From positions 1 to 16,113 of the forward strand of contig JAWOBU010000190.1 of assembly GCA_046484135.1 (NCBI GenBank): a DNA stretch of 16,113 nucleotides. Reading direction: 5' to 3'. The DNA is from a bacterium. GTDB taxonomy: Bacteria > RBG-13-61-14 > DATKZS01. Of the stretch, positions 1 to 8,434 are shown one piece after another. Numbering within the stretch: the stretch's first letter is position 1; each line of letters opens with the position of its first letter. Under the pieces are notes generated by a model. The model worked only from the letters and a program-made list of their open reading frames with translations. It was not told where the DNA came from and made no database searches. A program made the position numbers and the translations under genes.

Positions 1-443
1 TACTGGCAGAAGCGCATGTCCATGGTGTCCATCAGGATGGCGTTTACAGGACAGGCCTCCACGCACATGCCGCAGAACACGCACCGGAACAGGTCTATCT
101 CGAACACCGCCGGGTACTTCTCAATGGACGGGTCGTCCGACTCCGCGGCCACGATATGGATGCAGTCCGAAGGACAGGCAGTGGCGCAACACATGCAAGC
201 AACGCACTTCACCCGGCCGTCTTCCCTTTTGTTCAAACGATGGCGGCCCCGCCAGCGGTCCGAGATGGGGCGCTCTTCCTCCGGCCACTTGTAGGTTACA
301 ACCTCCTGCCGGACCAGCCGGCGCACCACCGGAATAAAGCCAAGCACGTTCACCCAGAAATGGCGCACCGTGATGGCCATGCCCCGGGCCACTTCCCGGT
401 AGTAAGTCCTCTCCAGGGGAGTGTACCTGCGCGGCGCGCCCAT
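1..443 (-). CDS. nuoI: NADH-quinone oxidoreductase subunit I (3' end runs off the window)
   Basis: Absent from the ORF track because it has no stop in the window. Manual translation from the ATG at 443 (TAATG overlap with the nuoH stop) gives MGAPRRYTPLE...RGRHRL...KCVACMCCATACP...RCVFCGMCVEACP, i.e. two CxxCxxCxxxCP [4Fe-4S] motifs. Directly follows nuoH. Confidence 0.95.
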   Translation of the reverse strand, partial: MGAPRRYTPLERTYYREVARGMAITVRHFWVNVLGFIPVVRRLVRQEVVTYKWPEEERPISDRWRGRHRLNKREDGRVKCVACMCCATACPSDCIHIVAAESDDPSIEKYPAVFEIDLFRCVFCGMCVEACPVNAILMDTMDMRFCQ

Positions 444-1702
444 TACATCCACCCCCGGGTAAAGACAAGCACCAGAGCGGTTATCACAATGTTAAGGAAC
501 GCCAGCGGAAGGACCATCTTCCAGCCCATCTTCATGACCTGGTCGTAACGGAAGCGCGGGAAAGTCCAGCGCGCCGTCAACAGGAAGTATACGCCCGCCA
601 CCGTGAAAAGCGCGAACTTGGCGGCCTGTAAAAGCATGATGAAAACCTGCGTTCCCTGCACCGTGAGTAGACCGGCGAGCCAGGTGCCTTCCCAGCCGCC
701 CTGCCAGTGCAGGAGGTGATACCCCGACCCGTCAATCCACGGTATTTGCCAGCCTCCGAAGAACAGCGTGGTAAGAATGGCGGAAAGAAGTATCATCTCC
801 ACGTACTCTCCGAACAGAAACATGGTGAACTTAAGGCTCGAGTACTCGGTGAAGTAGCCCGCCACGATCTCGCTCTCGCCCTCCGGAAGGTCGAACGGTA
901 TCCTCTTGGTCTCCGCCACCCCGCAGGCCAGGAAAAGCAGGAACCCCAGAGGCTGCGTTATAAGGCCCCACTTGGGAATGACGCCCCCAAGAAGGTCGCC
1001 CTGCCCGGATACCAGGTGGCCCAGGTTGACGCTGCCGTACACCATGAAAATACCGATCGCCGCAAGGCCAAGCCCCAGCTCGTAAGAGATCATCTGGTTC
1101 GCGCCGCGCATGGCGCCCAGGAAGCTGAACTTGTTGTTGGACGCCCAACCCGCGGTGATAATCCCGTAGATGGAAAGACTGGCAATGGCGAAGATGAAAA
1201 GCATGCCCACATCCAGATCGGCCACCACGAACCGGATGGTGTAATCGGACAGGTGAAGCACGTCTCCTCCGAACATATCGCCGAAGAACCAGATGTCGTT
1301 CGCCACCAGGTAGCCGAGCCCCCATATGTCCTCCGCGGGAAAGTCCTTCCAACTGATGTGCAAAGGACCCGCAAAAGGTATCACCGAGAAAAGCACAAGC
1401 GGAATCAAAAGACAGATCATGGGCGCTATGGTGTGCAAAGGCCGGTGGGCCCCCTCCGGGATGAAGTCCTCCTTGGTGAAGAGCTTGATGGGGTCGGCTA
1501 TGATGTGGAAAAGGCCGATCAGGGTGAAGTTTTTCCCGAGAAGCCGGACGTTGGCCCGGTTGGGCCCGATCCGGTCCTGGATCATGGATGCGAGCTTTCT
1601 CTCTCCCCAGGTCATAAGCCCGGCCAGTGAAGCCACGCCTCCGAAGATGGCAACGGCCCACACAAGGCTCAGTAATACCTGGAAAAACTCGTCCAGAGTC
1701 AT
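443..1702 (-). CDS. nuoH: NADH-quinone oxidoreductase subunit H (419 aa)
   Basis: Motifs ERK..S.IQDRIGPN, ADPIKLFTKED, GWASNNKFSFLGAMR..QMISYE, AETKRIPFDLPEGESEIVAGY, PRFRYDQ; multiple hydrophobic helices. Confidence 0.97.
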   Translation of the reverse strand: MTLDEFFQVLLSLVWAVAIFGGVASLAGLMTWGERKLASMIQDRIGPNRANVRLLGKNFTLIGLFHIIADPIKLFTKEDFIPEGAHRPLHTIAPMICLLIPLVLFSVIPFAGPLHISWKDFPAEDIWGLGYLVANDIWFFGDMFGGDVLHLSDYTIRFVVADLDVGMLFIFAIASLSIYGIITAGWASNNKFSFLGAMRGANQMISYELGLGLAAIGIFMVYGSVNLGHLVSGQGDLLGGVIPKWGLITQPLGFLLFLACGVAETKRIPFDLPEGESEIVAGYFTEYSSLKFTMFLFGEYVEMILLSAILTTLFFGGWQIPWIDGSGYHLLHWQGGWEGTWLAGLLTVQGTQVFIMLLQAAKFALFTVAGVYFLLTARWTFPRFRYDQVMKMGWKMVLPLAFLNIVITALVLVFTRGWM

Positions 1703-1714
1703 CAGTCCGTCCTT

Positions 1715-3124
1715 TTATCCTGCCGCGGCCTCGGAAGCACTCTCCAGCGCTTCCATGATCGCGGTAATAATATCCTGGTGGCTCCGGGCAGTTCCCTTTA
1801 CGGGAATGGCCGGGCCGTAAGTCTGCTCGATCCCGTCCGCGTTCACCACCGTGCCCGAGGTCTCCGCATACGAAGCCGCGGGCAGGGCGACCTCTGCGGA
1901 CTCGACTGCTTTAGAAACCTGCGGCGACACCACCACCCGGGCGGTAACTCCTTCCGGAAGCGGGTTCGGACAAAGCGTCTCGAAAAGCACCGCTACCGAC
2001 TCCTCGGCAAGCGGGCCTTCCAGCTTCTCCGAGATGCCGAGCCCACTGAGACCTTTGGTGTTCGAGTTCATGTCCGACAGCCGAAGGAAATCGTCCTCCC
2101 AGCCCGGCTCGCCCGTGTGGAGTAAAACCTTGGCCCCTGTCTTCTTGGAAAGCTCGAGCAGCTTTCTCCCTTCCTCCAAAGAAAGGCTCGCCGAAGCTAC
2201 GAGCACCAGCTTGTCCCCCGCTTCGCCCATTATCCGGGCGGCCCCCGAAAGCGCCGACTCCCACGAAGCGCTCTTGCCAGCTACTTTCGGCTCGACAAGC
2301 CTGCCGTCGTTTATGGCGTGATAGCCGAGCCTGCCTTCGTCGCAGAGCCAGCTCTTGTTTATAGACTCGTTCACCCGGCCGCGCATCCGGTAGACCTCGC
2401 CGTCCATGTGGTCGAGCCATGTGTTGCAGCCCCGCGCACAATGCGGGCATACGGAAGCGGTGGACTCGAGAAACCACACCCGCTGCTTGAACCGGAAATC
2501 AGCGCTGGTCCAGGCACCCACCGGGCAGACCTCAGCCAAGCAAAGGCTGTAAGGATTGTTGACCTCGACGCCCGGAAACGCGGTGATCTCGGAGCGGTCG
2601 CCCCGGTTTACGATCACCAGGCACTCGTCCTGGACCACGTCCCGCATAAAGCGCACGCACCGCGTACAAAGAATGCATCTTTCCGAGTCCAGCATTACGT
2701 GCTTTCCCATCCGGCGGGCCTTGCGCTTTTTGACCTTCTCCTCCGGGCCGATAAGCCTGGAAGGCGCCAGGTCGTGCTCCATGTAGTAGTCCTGAAGTCC
2801 GCACTCCCCCGCCTGGTCGCAGATGGGGCAGTCCACCGGGTGGTTCTTCAAGAGGAACTCCATTACCGCCTGCCGGGTCTTCTTCACCTTGTCGGTCTCG
2901 GAGAAGACCTCCATGCCGTCCTGGACCGGTGTCATGCAGGAGGGCACCAGCTTGGGCGGACCGGGCTTGGTCTCCACCAGGCACATCCGGCAGTTCCCGG
3001 AAAGCGGAAGATGCGGATGGTAGCAGTAATGCGGGATATGGATGTCGTTGTCGAGGGCCGCCTGCAATATGGTCTTGCCCTCTTCAACCTCCAGCTCCCG
3101 GCCGTTTATGTAAACCTTAGGCAT
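1715..3124 (-). CDS. nuoG: NADH-quinone oxidoreductase subunit G, short form (469 aa)
   Basis: Fe-S motifs CYH...GNCRMC, HPVDCPICDQAGEC, RCILCTRC...CPVGA, CPHCARGC...WLCDEGR; lies between nuoF and nuoH. Confidence 0.92.
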   Translation of the reverse strand: MPKVYINGRELEVEEGKTILQAALDNDIHIPHYCYHPHLPLSGNCRMCLVETKPGPPKLVPSCMTPVQDGMEVFSETDKVKKTRQAVMEFLLKNHPVDCPICDQAGECGLQDYYMEHDLAPSRLIGPEEKVKKRKARRMGKHVMLDSERCILCTRCVRFMRDVVQDECLVIVNRGDRSEITAFPGVEVNNPYSLCLAEVCPVGAWTSADFRFKQRVWFLESTASVCPHCARGCNTWLDHMDGEVYRMRGRVNESINKSWLCDEGRLGYHAINDGRLVEPKVAGKSASWESALSGAARIMGEAGDKLVLVASASLSLEEGRKLLELSKKTGAKVLLHTGEPGWEDDFLRLSDMNSNTKGLSGLGISEKLEGPLAEESVAVLFETLCPNPLPEGVTARVVVSPQVSKAVESAEVALPAASYAETSGTVVNADGIEQTYGPAIPVKGTARSHQDIITAIMEALESASEAAAG

Positions 3125-3172
3125 ATCGTCTTCTCAATAATCCTTCTCCCGGAGCTCGCCGGGACAAAGTTT

Positions 3173-4465
3173 TTATCTCCAGCTCACCGCCCACGGGTTC
3201 GATACGGGCTCTTTGCGCTCGAGGATGTAGTTCTCGAACTCGGGCCTGAACTTCTCGATGAAGCTCTTGACCGGTCCCACCGCAGCGTCCGCCAAGGGGC
3301 AGATGGTATTGGTCGCCATGCCCTCGCAGATGGACAGCAACAGCTCCAGGTCCTGCACCCGGCCCCGGCCGTGCAGTATCCGCTTCATGATCTGGTCCAT
3401 CCAGCCCGTGCCCTCCCGGCAGGGAGTACACTGGCCGCACGACTCGTGCGCGTAAAAATGGGTCAGCACCTTTAAAGCGCTTACCATGCAGGTCCCTTCC
3501 GCCATTATGATGACGGCGCCCGAGCCCAGCATGGAGCCGGCCTCGGCGATGGACTCGTAGTCCATGTTGAGACCTTCGCACTCGTTGGCCTTCAATACCG
3601 GAGTCGAGCTGCCGCCCGGGATTACCGCCTTCAAAGCCTTGCCGGAAAGGACCCCGCCCGCGTGGTCGTTTATAAGCTCCATGAGCGGGACCCCCAGCGG
3701 AAGCTCGAACACCCCCGGCTTGTTTACGTGCCCGGACACGCAAAAGAGCTTGGTCCCCGCGCTCTTTTCCGTGCCGAACTTCTTGTAGGCCTCCGGACCG
3801 TTCGCGATGATGTAGGGGGTCGCGGCTATGCTCTCCACGTTGTTTACCGTGGTGGGCATGTCGAACACCCCTTTCTGGGGCGGGAAAGGCGGCCGGATGC
3901 GCGGCTGGCCCTTTTTTCCCTCCAGGCTGCTGATAAGGCCGGTCTCTTCCCCGCACACGTAGGCGCCCGCGCCCATGTGCACGTAAACGTCAAGGTCAAA
4001 GTCGGTGTCCAAGATGCCCTTGCCTAAGAAGCCCTTGTCATAGGCCTCGCTGATGGCCTGCTCCACCCGGCGGGCGGGCTCGCTGAACTCGCCCCGGACG
4101 TAGATGTAGCAGGTGTTGGCGGCCATGGCCCAGCAGGCGATGATGATGCCCTCGATCAGCATGTGAGGGTCATAGCGCATGATGTCCCGGTCCTTGAAGG
4201 TGCCGGGCTCGCCCTCGTCCGCGTTCACCAGAAGGTAATGGGGCCTGTCGTCCTTGGGCATGAACATCCACTTCCGGCCGGTGGGAAAACCGGCGCCTCC
4301 GCGGCCCCGAAGGCCCGCGTCCAGCACCGTCTGGCACACGTCCCCCGGCTCCATGCCCAGGGCCTTCTTCGCTGCCTCGTATCCCCCGTCGGCAAGATAC
4401 GACGATACCGTGAAAGACTCGGCCGTCTTCCAGTGCTTGCTTAATATGAGCTCTTGTTCACTCAT
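3173..4465 (-). CDS. nuoF: NADH-quinone oxidoreductase subunit F (FMN/NADH binding)
   Basis: GLRGRGGAGFPTG, NADEGEPGTFKD, GAGAYVCGEETGL, ESCGQCTPCREG...TIC motifs. Confidence 0.98.
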   Translation of the reverse strand: MSEQELILSKHWKTAESFTVSSYLADGGYEAAKKALGMEPGDVCQTVLDAGLRGRGGAGFPTGRKWMFMPKDDRPHYLLVNADEGEPGTFKDRDIMRYDPHMLIEGIIIACWAMAANTCYIYVRGEFSEPARRVEQAISEAYDKGFLGKGILDTDFDLDVYVHMGAGAYVCGEETGLISSLEGKKGQPRIRPPFPPQKGVFDMPTTVNNVESIAATPYIIANGPEAYKKFGTEKSAGTKLFCVSGHVNKPGVFELPLGVPLMELINDHAGGVLSGKALKAVIPGGSSTPVLKANECEGLNMDYESIAEAGSMLGSGAVIIMAEGTCMVSALKVLTHFYAHESCGQCTPCREGTGWMDQIMKRILHGRGRVQDLELLLSICEGMATNTICPLADAAVGPVKSFIEKFRPEFENYILERKEPVSNPWAVSWR

Positions 4466-4470
4466 GCTTC

Positions 4471-4944
4471 CTACTTCAAGCCGTCCAGTATCCTGTCCAC
4501 CTTCTCCGGCGTCAGGTCTTCGTAGTAGTCCTCGTTTATCTGCATCATGGGGGCGTTACCGCAGGCCCCCAGGCACTCGACCTTCATAAGGGTGAACTTG
4601 CCGTCCGGCGTGGTCTCGCCTTCCTTTATGCCCAGCTTCTGCGAGATGTATTCGAACACCTCGCCGGCGCCCCGCAGCATGCAGGGAAGGTTCATGCACA
4701 CCTGCACCAGGTGCTTGCCCACCGGCTCCTTGTTGAACATGGTGTAAAAGGTGGCCACCCCGTAAATCCGGGCGGGGGCGACTCCGATCTGGTCGGCAAC
4801 GTACTGCATGGCTTCGAGGCTGATGTACCCGAACTCCCGCTGGGCAAGATACAGGCACGGCAGTATCGCACCCTCCGGAGCGGGGTACCGCTTCTTTATC
4901 TCCGCAAGCTCGCTGCGGGCTTCGTCGGAAAACTCGAGCGCCAT
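4471..4944 (-). CDS. nuoE: NADH-quinone oxidoreductase subunit E (157 aa)
   Basis: Start moved to the ATG at 4944 (TAATG overlap with the nuoD stop; MALEFSDE...). ATFYTMF, VCMNLPC and ECLGACGNAP [2Fe-2S] ligands. Confidence 0.96.
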   Translation of the reverse strand: MALEFSDEARSELAEIKKRYPAPEGAILPCLYLAQREFGYISLEAMQYVADQIGVAPARIYGVATFYTMFNKEPVGKHLVQVCMNLPCMLRGAGEVFEYISQKLGIKEGETTPDGKFTLMKVECLGACGNAPMMQINEDYYEDLTPEKVDRILDGLK

Positions 4945-6137
4945 TACCTGTCCATCTCCCCGCCGATCATGTTGATCGAACCGAACGTGGGTATAATGTC
5001 GGCCACCATGTAGCCTTCCAGTATCTCGCCCAAAGCCGCCATCATGGGGAAACAAGGAGGCCGGCACCTGCACTTCACCGGCTTCGAGCCCCCGTCCGAC
5101 ACCACGTAAAACCCGAGCTCGCCGTTGGCCCCCTCCACGTAACCGTACGCTTCGCCCTTGGGAGGATGGATGCCGTCGTACACCAGCTTGAAGTGGTTTA
5201 TGACCCCCTCGATGGTATCGTAGACCTCCTCCTTGGGAGGAAGGGTAAAGCGGGGATCATCCACACTGATCGGGCCGTCCGGGAGCTTGTCCAGCCCCTG
5301 CTCGATGATGCGCATGCTCTGCTCCATCTCCTGCATCCGCACCATGTACCGGTCGTAGTTGTCTCCGTTAGTGCCGGTGGGAATATCAAAATGGACCTGG
5401 TCGTAAACGAGATACGGGTTTGCCTTGCGCACGTCATAGCCGATGCCGGTCGAGCGCAGGAAAGGACCGGTGATGCCGTAGCTTAGGGCGTCCTCTTTCG
5501 AGATCACGCCCACGTTCACCATCCGGTCCAGGAATATCCGGTTTTTGTCGAAAAGACCGTGGATGTCTTCCAGAATCCGCCGGCTCTCCGGAAGGGCCTT
5601 TCTGGTCTGGCTTACGAAGTCGTCCGGGATGTCCCAGCGGGCGCCGCCCACCCGGGTCCACGAGGTGGTCACCCGGGCGCCGCACACGCTTTCCAGAAGC
5701 TCGTAGTAGTACTCCCTGGCCTTGATAAAGTAAAGGAACGCGGAAAAGGCCCCGAGCTCCATCACCTGTGCGGCCAGGCAGGTCAGGTGGTCGGTGATCC
5801 TGCTCATCTCGGAGAGGATCATCCGCAGGTACTGGCCGCGGGGAGGGACCTCGAGGCCGCAGAGCTTCTCGACCGCCATCACGAATCCTACGTTGTTTAT
5901 GATGGGGGACACGTAGTTGAGCCGGTCCGTATAAGGAATGGCCTGGTTCCAGCGGTGGTCCTCGCACTCCTTCTCGAAACCCCGGTGCAGGTAGCCCGGC
6001 TCCACGTCGGAGCGGACAATGGTCTCCCCGTCCAGGGTGAGTTCCATCTGGATGGTACCGTGGGTGGCCGGATGGGACGGGCCCATCATGAGCTCGAGGT
6101 ACTCGGTATGCAGGTCTTTTCTGCTGTCCACCGGCAT
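4944..6137 (-). CDS. nuoD: NADH-quinone oxidoreductase subunit D
   Basis: GPSHPATHG, GYLHRGFEK, DRLNY motifs and C-terminal GEMDR; GGAG upstream of the start. Confidence 0.98.
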   Translation of the reverse strand: MPVDSRKDLHTEYLELMMGPSHPATHGTIQMELTLDGETIVRSDVEPGYLHRGFEKECEDHRWNQAIPYTDRLNYVSPIINNVGFVMAVEKLCGLEVPPRGQYLRMILSEMSRITDHLTCLAAQVMELGAFSAFLYFIKAREYYYELLESVCGARVTTSWTRVGGARWDIPDDFVSQTRKALPESRRILEDIHGLFDKNRIFLDRMVNVGVISKEDALSYGITGPFLRSTGIGYDVRKANPYLVYDQVHFDIPTGTNGDNYDRYMVRMQEMEQSMRIIEQGLDKLPDGPISVDDPRFTLPPKEEVYDTIEGVINHFKLVYDGIHPPKGEAYGYVEGANGELGFYVVSDGGSKPVKCRCRPPCFPMMAALGEILEGYMVADIIPTFGSINMIGGEMDR

Positions 6138-6146
6138 GGTCCGGAG

Positions 6147-6713
6147 CTACTCCTTTTCCTCTTCCGCTTTGAACCGCGGGTCGTGTCCGTGGGGGGTCTC
6201 GTCCGCGGGTCTGGGAAAACGCTTCTCCTCCGAGGCCAGAAGCGGGATGCGCGGCTGCCGCTTGTCTATGGGATAGTCCTTGCGAAGCGGGAACCCCTTG
6301 AACTCGGGGTACAGAAGCAGCGGCCGCTGGTCGGGATGGCCCTTGAAGTCTATCCCGTACATTTCGTGGCACTCCCGCTCGAACCAGTTGGCCCCCTTCC
6401 AGAGCGCGCTCAGGCTGGATATGGAAGGGTCCGACTCCGGCGCCCGGGCCTTTACCCGCACACGCGCGCCCGACTCCATCGAGCGCAAGTGGACCACCAC
6501 CTCGAAGCGGGGAAGTCCTTCCTCCCGGCCCAGGTAGTCCACCGCGGTCAGGTCTATAAAATGGTCCATCTTCTGCTCGTCCCGCAAATACTTCAGGACC
6601 GGGACCCAGTAATCGCGGCCCACCCGGGCGGTGTCGTCCCCGCAATCGCTGTGCGAGTGCTCCACCGCGGACCCGAACCGCTCTTTTAATGCTTCTATGA
6701 CCTTGGAACTCAT
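6147..6713 (-). CDS. nuoC: NADH-quinone oxidoreductase subunit C (not fused to D)
   Basis: DLTAVDY, ANWFERE..EMYGI.F.GHPD, FPLRKDYP motifs; ATGA overlap with the nuoB stop. Confidence 0.96.
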   Translation of the reverse strand: MSSKVIEALKERFGSAVEHSHSDCGDDTARVGRDYWVPVLKYLRDEQKMDHFIDLTAVDYLGREEGLPRFEVVVHLRSMESGARVRVKARAPESDPSISSLSALWKGANWFERECHEMYGIDFKGHPDQRPLLLYPEFKGFPLRKDYPIDKRQPRIPLLASEEKRFPRPADETPHGHDPRFKAEEEKE

Positions 6714-7216
6714 GGCAAAGCTTTTGTGTTCGTGTACTCGTGGGCGTCCAGTTTCTCGCCCTGGATTTTGTCCATCAACTTCATCAGCCCGTCCAGGACC
6801 ATCTCCGGCCGGGGCGGGCAGCCCGGAATATAAACGTCAACCGGGATGATCTTGTCAATACCCTGCACAGTGGCGTAATTGTCGTAAAAGCCTCCGCTGG
6901 AGGCGCAGGCCCCGAAGGCCACCACCCACCGGGGAGCGCACATTTGCTCGTAGACCCGCCTCAGAATGGGGGCCTGCTTGTGGGTTACGGTCCCCACCAC
7001 CAGAAGACAGTCCGCCTGCCGGGGAGTAAAGCGGGGGAACTCGGCCCCGAACCGCGCGATGTCGTAATGCGAGCAGGCCACGCTCATGTACTCCATGCCG
7101 CAGCAGGCGGTAACGAACGGGTACTGGAAGAGAGAGAACTTGCGGGCCCAGTTGATGAAGAACTCGGCCCTGGTTCCGATCACCGGGATGCGGGAAAGAT
7201 ACCTCTCTAGTCCCAT
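6710..7216 (-). CDS. nuoB: NADH-quinone oxidoreductase subunit B (168 aa)
   Basis: Start moved to the ATG at 7216 (MGLERY...), overlapping the end of nuoA. TACCGME, PRQAD, GACA.SGG, PVDVYIPGCPPRPE (N2 cluster ligands). Confidence 0.96.
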   Translation of the reverse strand: MGLERYLSRIPVIGTRAEFFINWARKFSLFQYPFVTACCGMEYMSVACSHYDIARFGAEFPRFTPRQADCLLVVGTVTHKQAPILRRVYEQMCAPRWVVAFGACASSGGFYDNYATVQGIDKIIPVDVYIPGCPPRPEMVLDGLMKLMDKIQGEKLDAHEYTNTKALP

Positions 7217-7566
7217 TCCAGTCCCCCCTTGGCCCAGATGTAGAAAAAGGCCAACACCAGGATGCCTAAAAAGATCACCATCTCGACAAGCGCGAAAAGC
7301 TTGAGCTCGCCGTATACCACCGCCCACGGATACAAGAACACTGCCTCCACGTCGAAGAGAACGAAAAGGATGGCGATGGGGTAGTACTTGACCGCGAACC
7401 GCATCCGGGGCTGGCCCCGCGAGGTATGGCCGCACTCGAAGGGGGCCAGCTTATTCGGGCTCTTGTCGCGAGGCCCAAGTATCTCCGAGAACAAGGCGAA
7501 GGCAATCACCATGCCCAGACCAAGCGCGACCATCATCAATATGGGTAGATAATCCGCTAATTCCAT
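7207..7566 (-). CDS. nuoA: NADH-quinone oxidoreductase subunit A
   Basis: K..PFECG, YY.IAILFVLFDVE..FLYPWA and C-terminal KGGLEWD; three hydrophobic segments. Confidence 0.97.
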   Translation of the reverse strand: MELADYLPILMMVALGLGMVIAFALFSEILGPRDKSPNKLAPFECGHTSRGQPRMRFAVKYYPIAILFVLFDVEAVFLYPWAVVYGELKLFALVEMVIFLGILVLAFFYIWAKGGLEWD

Positions 7567-7657
7567 CTTTCAGTCCGGAAAAGATATAAGTTCACTGCCT
7601 TGGAATCCATACTCGCTACAAAAGGAAACTGCTAAACGGGTGTTACTAAAGACGCTA

Positions 7658-7685
7658 ATTATACTCTTTTTCCTTCTTATGTCAA
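7658..7685 (-). promoter_or_regulatory. sigma70-type promoter of the nuo operon
   Basis: Minus strand reads TTGACA (7685-7680), a 16-nt spacer, then TATAAT (7663-7658). An AT-rich UP-like tract lies upstream (about 7690-7720); nuoA starts about 90 nt downstream. Confidence 0.85.
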
Positions 7686-7736
7686 ACCCTTAAAATGTTA
7701 AAATTTTTTTATCTTTTCTGATCTCACTGTTTTAGC

Positions 7737-8321
7737 TTAGTTTTTGTCTCCTAAACCACGGTAAATCTTTAGCAGAAAACGGTCCAGAGCAAAGCGGCCC
7801 GGGCCGCGATCGAGCACGTAACCGGAAAGAACAAGCAAAAAAAGGTTCCGGACCACAAGATCAATCCCTATGGAATGGCCCTCCTCCGAAAAACAGCCGC
7901 AGCTCATAACAACCTCGCGGTAGATGTTGACCTCGATCGCCGCGGTGAAAAGCAAAAGCATAAAAACCTGCAACAACGCACCCGCCCGCGAGAGAAAGCC
8001 GACAAGCAGAAGCGCGCCGCTTATGACCATGAGCCAGGGAAGGACCCGGGAGACCGGGCCCGTCCACTCCTCCGGATGAAAATCAAAACCGGTCCACGAG
8101 TTCACCGACTCGACCCAGGAAGCCGGAGGAAACTCGTACTCGTAAACCTTCATCTGGAAAGACACCGGGTCCTCGATCTTGTGCCAGGCCGAGTAGATAA
8201 AAAGAAAAGCCAGGAGAACCCGCACCAGGAGAGCCCAGTAAGGCTCGGCCTTGAAAAGGAAAGACCTGACACCCGGGGGCGGCGGCTCTCCCTCACCCAT
8301 TCTCGCGTAAAGCTTTAACAT
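7737..8321 (-). CDS. MauE/DoxX-family membrane protein (start 8321 or 8300)
   Basis: R..LA.LFIYSA..KI.DP..F, LPWL, SCGCF and RNL.LL motifs with four hydrophobic segments. The track start at 8534 lies upstream of a good promoter and adds low-complexity sequence, so it is rejected. Confidence 0.8.
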   Translation of the reverse strand: MLKLYARMGEGEPPPPGVRSFLFKAEPYWALLVRVLLAFLFIYSAWHKIEDPVSFQMKVYEYEFPPASWVESVNSWTGFDFHPEEWTGPVSRVLPWLMVISGALLLVGFLSRAGALLQVFMLLLFTAAIEVNIYREVVMSCGCFSEEGHSIGIDLVVRNLFLLVLSGYVLDRGPGRFALDRFLLKIYRGLGDKN

Positions 8322-8339
8322 CAAAAAACCGGAATCCAC

Positions 8340-8368
8340 ATTATAAAAGCACAGGCCCTCATTCCCAA
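8340..8368 (-). promoter_or_regulatory. sigma70-type promoter of the MauE/DoxX gene
   Basis: Minus strand TTGGGA (8368-8363), 17-nt spacer, TATAAT (8345-8340). Confidence 0.65.
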
Positions 8369-8434
8369 ATCCGGACCTGTCTATGCCCTGTTCGGCTCTC
8401 TCATCATCCCCCCTCAAACGAGGCAAAAACAGGG

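Noticed and set aside
16..7505. Numerous overlapping alternative-frame and antisense ORFs across the nuo operon (e.g. 707-1630, 2318-3475, 5434-6645, 5559-6689)
   Set aside because: They fully overlap well-supported nuo genes and have Arg/Gly/Pro-biased or shadow composition with no domains.
7690..7715. Rex operator at the nuo promoter
   Set aside because: The AT-rich tract lacks a convincing TTGTGAA-N4-TTCACAA dyad.
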